Part shown: positions 54,675 through 64,000 of the stretch, piece by piece | Numbering within the stretch: the first letter of the stretch is position 1 | Layout of the letters: the number at the start of each line of letters is the position of its first letter | DNA from: Eledone cirrhosa | Taxonomy: Eukaryota | Reading direction: 5' to 3' | DNA length: 64,000 nt | Assembly: GCA_964016885.1 (NCBI GenBank) | Contig: OZ024741.1 | Span: 280,302,001 to 280,366,000 of the forward strand | Made by a program: the position numbers and the translations under genes | Notes under the pieces: model-generated | What the model saw: only the letters and a program-made list of their open reading frames with translations | What the model was told of the DNA's origin: nothing | The model's database searches: none

Positions 54675-55634
54675 GTTAGTATTACAAGATATGGATTTTT
54701 GTGTCTCATCTTTTTTCCTTGGAATTTGGTAGACAGAAGCTATAAGGAAGCCCATCACTTATATTTTTATTTTTACGTCCATTTTTCCATTCTGGCATGT
54801 ATTGTAGGGAATATTTTGAGGTAATGCTTTAGTCTGTTGCCCTTCCTGATGCCAACCCTATTAATCACCTCTTCTGGCACAATATGGTGTATCTATTCTA
54901 AACATTGGAACTCATCTAAGATAAGAGAAAAAATATATATATATATGCATGTCAGTTTACAACATGGACAATGCTTAACAAGAGCAGTGACGTTTAAGTT
55001 CTGCTTAAACAATACACCTTGCAGCATGGTAGTTCAATGGAGATGAACAGTGTATACTCTATAAAATATTGGCTGGCATCAGGACATAAAAAGGTAAAAA
55101 AAAAAAAAAAGGTGTCATATAATAATGCATGATAGCATGGCAAAACGTGTGTAAAATCGTTTTGTTTTTTTTGTTTTTTTTTTCGCTTGGTAATGAATGA
55201 AAATGCTTGTAATGTTTTTGTCTTGTTTTTTTTATTAATTATATAAGGGAAAAGGAGAGGGGTAAAAGGCCAGATCTGGTTGTAATGGAAAAGACAATAA
55301 ATGCCATAGATGAAAAGAAAGGAGAGAAAGAGAAAGGACTGTTAAGCCACAGAAGAGGGGGACGGGGTAGACGGCATGGCAAATTCAACTTCAAGATTTT
55401 CTGAAATTGTAGGTTAGAAGAGCATGGTAGAGAATAATTGGGAAGTGTTAGCTCTTAATATCTTAAAAATATCATTTGATGATGATCAAAGAGCTCTCAC
55501 ACTTGACTAGGCTTGCAACACCACTACTGTTAATGTTAGTTCTGTATTCACAATTGTTTTGAATATTGTATGTTGTTAGTCATGATTAAATTAGGTACAT
55601 TTTATCATGCCACTCAACCCTTTCTTTTAATTCT

Positions 55635-57180
55635 TTGACTTGGAGAAAGCCTTTGACAGTCCCTCGCTCCATTATCTGGTGGGCTCTTAGAAAACTTGGT
55701 GTTGATGAATGGCTTGTGAGAGCTATACAAGCCATGTATAAAGAAACGGTCAACAAAGTTAAAATTAACAAGGAATATAGTAAAGAATTTAGTGTAAAAG
55801 TTGTTCATCAAAGCTCTGTCCTTACTCCCCTCCTGTTTATTATTGCCCTTCAGGCTATAACAGGAGTTTAAGATCAGCTTCCGATGGGAACTTCTATACA
55901 CAGATGATCTAACTCTCATAGCTGAATTGATGACTGAACTAGAGAAGAAATTCCAAACATGGAAGCATGGCCTAGAATCAAAAGGCTTTAAAGTTAACTT
56001 GTCTAAGACTAAAGTTCTAGAATGTAGAAAGGAAAATAATGCACAGGTACCCTCTGGGAAATGGCTATGCTCAGTGTGTAGGAAAGGAGTAGGCAGAAAT
56101 TCCATTTTATGTCCTAAATGCAAACTGGGTACATAAAAGATGTAGTGGGATCACAGGTAAGCTATCTAAGAATGTAGATTTTATGTGGCTCAGGTGCAAT
56201 AAGTAGCAAGTGTACAAATGATACTAGCTCCTTCTATTGCCTAGATGGTTCTATAGAAATAGTGGACACCTTCCGTTACCTGGGTGACAAAATCAGCAGT
56301 GGTGGCGGGGTGCTCTGAAAGTACAGTAGCCAGTCAAAACAGGATGGGAAAAGTTCAGAGAGCTTATACCACTATTGGCCACTAAAGGTTTCTCTCTAAA
56401 AATGAAAGGCAGACTGTATAATAGCTGTATACGAATAGCAATGTTACATGGCAATGAGACATGGGCATTGTGTGCAGACTGGAGAGGAACGAACCATCCA
56501 TGCTCCGTTGGATATGTAATAGTAATATACGCGAACAGCAAAGCATAATTGAACTAAGTGAGAAATTAGGAATAAGAGAAGGATCAGATGCTGTTTACTT
56601 GAGAGAAGACTGTGTTGGTATGGTCACGTGATGCGCATGAAAGATGACAGTTGTATTATAAGTGCAGGGCAATCAAAATTGATGGAAGTTACGGAGTAGG
56701 TAGACCCAGAAAAACCTGGGACGATTTGATAAATTCCAACCTTAGACTGCTCTAAGACAATGTCACTGGACCAAGATCTTTGGCGCTGCGCAGTAATACA
56801 GAAGACCCACCTTGCCTATGTACAAAGCGAAACCTACAGTCAGTAGGCACCTCTAAACCAAATATAGCCCCCCCCCCACACACACACACTCCCACCAACA
56901 CCACCACCTCTCTGTAAAGTTATGTTGGTACCACAACATCCAGTCCAAAATAAATGGTCATGTAGGAGTCACAACAAAAAAAAAACTCCACGCTGTCATG
57001 TGGCCGTGTAGGTAACACGGTAAAAACGTCCCAGTCCACACTGTAAACGTGGTTGGTGTTAGGAAGGGCATCCAGCCGTAGAAAACCTGCCAGACATGGT
57101 CACTCGCCCAATCTTGCCTCAAGTAGGACAATTTCCGTCTAAATGCTAGCGTGGAAGATAGACATTAAACGATGATGATG
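55635..57180 (+). mobile_element. 5'-truncated, decayed RTE-clade LINE
   Basis: DLEKAFD, HQSSVLTPLLF, ELLYTDDL, VNLSKTK, a Cys-rich insert and GHVMRM motifs; 3' UTR and (GAT)n tail; multiple frameshifts. Confidence 0.92.
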
Positions 57181-57685
57181 ACAGATTTGCCTTTCCTGCG
57201 GCTTGTAGAACCCGCAGTATCATTTTGCACAGATATTGGATTCAAACTTTCTCCCAGTTGTAAAATGGCAAGATGCTTTGTGCAACTGCATTTTGGACAT
57301 CCAGTTTTTGTAGTAATGGTAGCAAATAAATGGACGAAGTCTTTGTTTCATGGTAGAGAATCTATAGCTTAAAAAATGTGAAAGGAAATAGTTTACGGCT
57401 GGTTTGATAGACATGCTAAACCAGCAGAGCAAGTCAAATGTTTGGATTTACCTGGTCATTTGTACAATTATATAAATTTGCTACACATTTGAAGCCATCT
57501 GGCACTACAAGAACAATTTCCTAGTTGCAATAGCTCCATTTGTGATTTTTTATCTATTAAGAATGTGTTAAAATTCAGTTATGGCTATCTATATTGAGTT
57601 CAAATCTCACTGAGGTCAATAGAATTGGTATACTAAAGTGGTTCACCCTGTTCTTCACCACACGTTCTAATTATATCTATTGTGA

Positions 57686-58490
57686 TGTGATTATGTATAT
57701 CTGTACATTCTTAGGCTTCAGGGGTTTGTGATTATAATGTATAAATATACCTTATGCTTCAGGGGTTAGTGGTCATAATGTATAAATATGTTGGACGTGT
57801 GATGCGTATGAAGGATGACAGCTGCATAAAAAGGTGCAGAGCACTAGAAGTCGATGGAAACCGCCGAGTGGGGAGACCCAAGATGACCTGGGATGAGGTG
57901 ATAAAAGCCAACCTTACCCAATTACACCTCTCAAAGGCGATGACACACGACCGTGACCGCTGGCGTCATGCAGTAATACAGAGTACCCGACCTCCCATGG
58001 GTACAAGCTGAAGCATATAGACAATATGCCCCGCCACCCCCACCGCAAGGTGGTCGTGGAGGTGTCACAGCAAAAAAGCACCCAGCCCACACTGTAAAGT
58101 GGACGTGTAAGCGCCACGAAAAAGCACCCAGCACTCACTGTAAATGAGGTTGGTGTTAGGAAGGGCATCCAGCTGTAGAAATCAAGCCAAATCAGTTCCT
58201 GTATGAGCAAGGCATGGTCAGCCGACCAGACACTGCCCACAACAGGACAACCCGTCTAACCCATGCTAGCGTGGAAGAACGGACGTAAAACGGTGATGAT
58301 GATGTTCTTAGACTTCAGGTCCTTCTGTCTTTGGGATTATGTATTACTGTGCCTTCTTAAACATTAGTTGTGATTATGTATATCTATGCTTTCTTAGACT
58401 TCAGGTGTTTGATTATAACGTTATCTGTACCTCGTTAGATTTGAGATGCATCTAATTATAGTGTATATCTGTACCTTCTTAGACTTCAGA
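57686..58490 (+). repeat. ~40-bp minisatellite (7 units) containing the exon-7 acceptor, split by an RTE
   Basis: The unit tgtgattatgtatatctgtacNttcttagacttcagg recurs near 57686, 57727, 57770, 58331, 58369, 58410 and 58453. Confidence 0.8.
57791..58303 (+). mobile_element. 5'-truncated RTE LINE 3' end
   Basis: GRVMRMKDDSCIKRC...GRPKMTWDEV...DRDRWR followed by a stop, 3' UTR and (GAT)n; ATGTT occurs at both junctions. Confidence 0.92.
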
Positions 58491-58657
58491 CACTTCAGAC
58501 TGCAGTAATGCTGAAGACAGTGGAGAAAATTATGGAGATTCTGATGTGAAGGATGAAGCCAGTGATTCTGGAAGTTGTTCTCCCAGAGATTCTGATACTG
58601 GCTTTAAAGATAAAAGGAGAAATAGGCGACACAAAGATTTTGATGAAGAAAATATTT
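58483..58657 (+). CDS. KDM3: KDM3/JMJD1C-like exon 7 (acidic/Ser-rich)
   Basis: cttcttag acceptor, open frame TSDTSDCSNAEDS...DEENI, t|gtaaga donor; phase 0/1. Confidence 0.88.
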
Positions 58658-58740
58658 GTAAGAAATATTTATTTTATCCTGATTTTCTATTTCTCTCTAC
58701 CTTTGTGCATAAGTAACTAATTATATATTTTCTAATTAAG

Positions 58741-58936
58741 GTGTAAATACTGGCAAACAAAATCCATCAAAAGCATCAGTAGCTCTACTGAAACGAACTG
58801 GGGAACCTTTTCTGCAAGATGGAGCATGTCGCGAAGTAACTCCCAAATTGATGAAATGTCGAGAATGTCGTCTCACTCCTACGCAGCGGAGTAAGAAGCT
58901 TCCCAACATATTTTGTCGATTTTATGAGTTCAGAAA
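58741..58936 (+). CDS. KDM3: KDM3/JMJD1C-like exon 8
   Basis: Encodes GEPFLQDGAC..KCRECR..IFCRFYEFRK, a hallmark KDM3-family motif; aa|gtgagt donor. Confidence 0.96.
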
Positions 58937-59204
58937 GTGAGTTGAACATTTTTGTTATCTGTATAAATTCAGTGGTTAATATCAGTAGCTTCATTTTACT
59001 TGCAGTATGTCTCTGATGTATTAGTTTGTGTGTGTGTGTATAGCACAATCTGACTTACAGGGATTTAGTTGTAGTTTCAATTTATAATTTGACCCTGTAC
59101 AATTAGTTGTTAGACAAGGAAAACTCATTGAAATTTGAAAGTTTGAAACTAGATTTATGAAATTTATGCATGGGTTTCTGTAATCATACATTTTTATTTT
59201 TCAG

Positions 59205-59305
59205 ATTGCGTTACAGTCAGAAGGGTTTTCTTATGATTGCTGGGTTTTCTGAGCTCAATGATGCCAACACTACTGACATGAAACCGTGGGATCCTCACTT
59301 ACCAG
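59205..59305 (+). CDS. KDM3: KDM3/JMJD1C-like exon 9
   Basis: ttttcag acceptor; LRYSQKGFLMIAGFS..W; phase 2/1. Confidence 0.93.
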
Positions 59306-60419
59306 GTATCTTATTGAAACGAATTTCATCATCATCATCATCATGTTGTGAATAATTTTTCATGTCACTCTGCAGTTGTATGCAATATGTAAATTGTGTG
59401 TATCTGGTTTAGAATCAGTACACCGTATCCCTGCATGTTGTGATAAACAACTAAAAATGATTGGTGGCAGAAAGGTTACTCAGCGGTAAAACATTGCTTC
59501 AAAAAGGCATTTTCCAGGAAGGAAAAGTCGACATAAATAGGATGATCTACAGATGTTTAGTGAAGTTAGCTCTGCAAGAGATCTTTGGGTTGACCTAACT
59601 GTTGTGAGGAAAATTGCTGAAAGTTATAGTTGAATATACTTGTTATTCAAAAAGCTCTTGCCATGCTGATTCTGCCTAACCTGAACATTACATTAACCCT
59701 TTTGATACCTAATTATCTGAAACCTCCCTGGATTTATGATAAACTCCTCATTTTAAATTGTTTATACTTATATTAGTCCTTTAATCGTAATTTAATTTTA
59801 AGAAATTTTTGTTCAATAAATATCAGCTTATTGAGTTATTTTATTAAATTCCTCCAAATATTTATTTTTAAAATTGAAACATTGGAGCTGTGTATTTCAT
59901 TTGAAATATGGTAACCTATTATTTCATTCACATATCTATATTCATACATATAGTTATACTTTGTCATCATCTTTAGCAATGTTTTACATCGCTTTTAAAT
60001 GCTTACTTCATTCTGTTGGTCAGATGACTGTTGCTCATACATTATCTTTTGGCATGCTTTCTACAACTGGAAGCCCTACCTAATGCCACTAATCACTTTA
60101 CAGTATCTCCCAAGTGCATTTTATCATGGGACTATCACTACTACCAACTCATAAGGTTACTCTTTTTTTTTTTTGTGTGTCACCAACAACCTAGAGAGAT
60201 AGATATTCCAGCTGAACTTTATACTTGTAAAGTTAGGAAATAATTTAAGGTCAAGACTTATAACTTGTAATATTTCTATATAGTTGATGCCAAAGTACAA
60301 AAGTATAGGGGTTGGTCTAGCTGAAATTAGGTGTCCATACTTGATGACACTGATGTTAACTTTTTAGCCACAAAACTTAGTGTATAACCCACTTTCATTG
60401 TTAATTTGTAATGTTTCAG

Positions 60420-60536
60420 TGAAGTCTCCTGAAGTTGATGTCACTGTTGCCAAATATATCCTCAACAAAGTCGGAGATAAATTCTGTGATCTAGTTGAGC
60501 AAGAAAAGGAGGCCAAGTCCTGGGCTGGCAAAGAAG
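60420..60536 (+). CDS. KDM3: KDM3/JMJD1C-like exon 10
   Basis: AKYILNKVGDKFCDLVEQEKEA, a conserved KDM3 block; g|gtatgt donor; phase 1/1. Confidence 0.96.
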
Positions 60537-60871
60537 GTATGTTGTTTTGTTTTTTTTTGTCATTTCAATTATCCTACACACTATTTGACACATGACTTAA
60601 TTTGTGACTTGTTTGTTAAAGCCATTCTAAAAAACATACAACACCTGTTATATTCACTTTTCACTTATATGGTGTCAAAATCTCACTCTTCAACACCTAG
60701 TCACTGACATTACTCTGCATTGGTAGCAAAGTGTTCAACTAAACTCTTACATCTTAAAATAGATATATGGTTTTGTTTTTAGAATAGCTAAAAATGTAGT
60801 TATTTGTTTATTTTGAAAACATGGTTTGTTTTAATTTATTTTACCCTCTTTTTCTTTACTTTTCTCTGCAG

Positions 60872-61042
60872 CGAAAATTGCTTGGAAACGAGCTGTGGCT
60901 GGAGTCCGTGAAATGTGTGATGTCTGTGACACTACTCTGTTCAATATACATTGGGTTTGCCATAAATGTGGCTTTGTTGCTTGTTTGGACTGTTACAAGA
61001 GTCGAAGGCAGCTGAATAACGATGATACGGTAGTTGAAAAAA
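60872..61042 (+). CDS. KDM3: KDM3/JMJD1C-like exon 11, C6-type zinc finger
   Basis: [40 protein letters not shown]. Donor a|gtatgt at 61043, with an alternative GT at 61030. Confidence 0.96.
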
Positions 61043-62477
61043 GTATGTTAGCATTCACTTTTCTGTATGATACATTTATAAAGTGTACCTTTAATTATGG
61101 GCGTCGGTCTGGGAAGAGGTTAACTCCTGTAAATACGCACTGACTTAAGTATTACAATCTAGTGGAGTATTTAGTTTCATTTAGTGGGATTCTGTATTTA
61201 AAAAAAAAAAGATTTTTACCTGGTGTGTCATTGACAGTATTTGGCTGTTTTAACAGCTATTTTTGCATTGAGTTTTCTCATTTTTCTGTAAATAAAAAAA
61301 ATGTAAAAGAAAAAATGAAACAAATGAAAAAGTTATTGGGAAATAATTATTGTACTTAAATATGTTTATACATACTTTTACTGTTCAGTTTATAATGCAC
61401 AGTGGTTATCACAGGAGGACAGGTTAAGCTTTTTTGTTTGTTTGTTTGTTTTTTTAGAGATTTTCTGCTCTAATAACCCTTAATGTAGTTCTCAGTGAGG
61501 TTCAGCATGTCAGTGACAAGGCTATCCCTTTGAATCATGGGTCCAACTCATTTCCCCAGCTAAGTGGAATAAAGTACCTTGCTCAAGAATAAAGGGTGTG
61601 AAAGTGAAGTGAAATTATGATCATGAGTTGAACACCTTAACCACTAAGCCAGGTGTCTTCATTTAAAAGTAGTGTTAGTTTATAAATTACTCTTATTAAT
61701 TTTTTTTTAACAATTTGAGGGTCTCCAATTTTTTTTTCTTTTTTGTGGGGGTAGCCATGCTTTGGTATGAATTTATTTGAAATATTCCATATCTGGCAAA
61801 TATTGTTCAAATCAAAGGTTTTTAATTAAATTTTCTCCATTCAATGTTTTGTATATAATTTTGTAGGTTATAGATTGTGTTGACACTGCCCATAGATGGT
61901 GTCTATTTAGAGAATATCTGTCCAGATAAAAATAGAAACTTTGTTCGGTTGCTACCAATGTGAATTTTATTTCTGATTAATTCATATCAAGAATTCAAGA
62001 GCAAAAATGTTGCTGTATTTAGTCAGATCGATATCTCTGATTTGGATTTACTTGGATTATATAAAACATGTTTTGGAGAGATGGGCTCCCTCAGGTTTTA
62101 AATGCCCAAGAAATGCTGTACGTCAAGACTCCATCAGGGGTTACGAAACCATGCGTGCATATAAATGTGTAAATATGTCACACAAATATGACCTGTTTAC
62201 ATATCTATATACTCAATGGTGTGTATTATACACACACATACATTGTCACTGTTAATTCTGCTTACACAATTGAATTTACTGAAATACTTATGTCATATTA
62301 GTAGATAATTCTGTTTATGATATTCTGGTCAAGCATCCTGTGGTTTGTATATAACACGTTGCCTTTTGCAAATACTGTTTGCAACTTTGCATTGCATTGC
62401 TAGAGGTTTACTGCTCTAGTAAGCCATTTCTGTTGACTCTTGTACATCTCCTATGTGAAACTTTTGTTTTAATAGCT

Positions 62478-63720
62478 ATCATCATCATCATTTTTACGTC
62501 CACTCGTCACGGTCCTTCGTCATCTCCACCGTGAGCTTCAACGATCTGAGGTCTGTCCTCACCACCTCCGCCCATGTTTTTCGTGGTCTACCTCTACCAC
62601 GTCTTCCTTCAACTGGCATTTCCTGGCACTTCTTCACCCATCGGTCATTCTCCATGCGCATCACATGTCCATACCACCTCAGTCTCCTCTCCTGTACACT
62701 AAATTCTATCCCTCTCAGACAGTTTCTCTCTCAACACATTCATGCTGGGTCGTTCACGCACATTGACATTGCACATCCAACGGAGCATGCTTGCCTCATT
62801 TTTCTCCAGCCGTCGCATATCCTCTGCAGTTGCTGCCCATGTCTCACTACGATGCAGCATCGCGCTCTTCACACAGGCATCATACAACCGGCCTTTCGTA
62901 CGCAGGAAGAAACCCTTCTTCGTCAGCAGAGGAAGCGGCTGCCTAAACTTCTTCCAACCCGTCCTTATTCTAGATACTATGGCCTCGGAACACCCTCCTC
63001 CCATGCTAATCTGATCTCCTAGGTACTGGAAGCTATCCACCACTTCTATAGCACCCTCCTGCACCATTTGAAAAATGTGTCTATCAATGCGACTTCTACT
63101 GTCTAATTTCCCTGTACATCTGCATACGTAGTTTTCCCTACCTGTTAGTTTGCCTGCTATCCCGCTACATCTCTTGTGTACCCAGGATCAGCATTGTGTG
63201 CATTTTATAGAATTTATGCCAGTTCCTTTTCTGCATATCGAACATGGCAATTTCCCTAACGGAATCAGTTTTGTCCTCTTTTCTACTCAACACTTTTGTC
63301 TTAGCTAGGTTCACTCTGTCCTCTTGCTTCCAACTGCTGTTTCCATAGCCAGAATTTATTCTCTAGCTCCTCTACTGATTCTGCTATAAGAACCAGATCG
63401 TCAGCATAGAGAAGTTCCCATGGACAGCCAGTCTTAAACTCCTCTGTTATGGCTTGGAGGACTATAATGAACAAGAGCGGGCTGAGGACCGAACGTTGAT
63501 GTACTCCTATTTGTATCTGGAATTCCTCACTAAACACCATTCCTACCCTGACTTTACTGAGAGTACCTCTGTACAAAGATTCCACTGTCCTCACAAGCCA
63601 TTTCTCAACACCTAGTTTCCTTAGGGACCACCAGATGACAGATCGGGGTACCCTATCAAAGGCTAAGTATAGTGGCTTATTTTTCTCTAAGAACCTCTCT
63701 TGCAATTGTCTCATCAAGAA
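62478..63720 (-). mobile_element. 5'-truncated RTE-clade LINE lacking most of its 3' UTR
   Basis: RQLQERF..AFDRVPR..HQRSVLSPLLF..ELLYADDL, YLGD..RIRTGWKKF; (CAT)n tail at 62478. Confidence 0.93.
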
Positions 63721-64000
63721 GGTTATAGAGAGACTTATGTTTTATTTGGTGGCACTCATTTTTCAATCTACAAAACTCTCAGCATTACAGTTGCCATGCT
63801 GACCAGTACATTTAACAGACAACTTATAGCCAGCCTTATAACTTTTCTTTTGGTGCTCATTTAGTCTGCTTAGTTACATGGTCAATTATTGGTGTGTGTA
63901 TTAGAATATACCAAGTAGTGTAAGATAAATTGCAGCTAGTGTTTTGGGCCCTTTAAGTAAAAATCTACAGCTTATCTACAAGTATGCATGTTACTATAGA

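Noticed and set aside
55248-55400. Purine-rich stretch after a pyrimidine tract as an extra exon
   Set aside because: The phase-0 frame from the first AG stops after 5 codons, and exons 6 and 7 already join in frame.
62531-63022. 163-aa plus-strand ORF as a further KDM3 exon
   Set aside because: It is the antisense reading of the minus-strand RTE.

Overview
AT-rich, repeat-dense animal genomic DNA. An octopod cephalopod is inferred from the OK-like SINE and RTE repeat content. The + strand carries the internal part of a KDM3/JMJD1C-family histone H3K9 demethylase gene: 11 phase-compatible GT-AG exons (1864-61042), about 1,860 codons, up to and including the C6 zinc finger. The 5' exons and the JmjC domain lie outside the window. 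The introns hold tRNA-derived OK-like SINEs (including a 4-copy tandem array and a ~520-bp foldback), six non-autonomous Helitrons, TTAA/piggyBac-type MITEs, and decayed RTE and CR1 LINEs. Most notable: (i) a 2.3-kb non-coding LTR element with a tRNA-Trp PBS, a TSD and a non-canonical TG...AA end; (ii) a chain of antisense exon-like segments in a CpG-richer part of the 27-kb intron that resembles a decayed nested M12B (ADAM/ADAMTS-like) metalloprotease gene; (iii) a minisatellite built from the exon-7 splice acceptor and interrupted by an RTE. All calls come from reading the sequence by eye; no searches were run.
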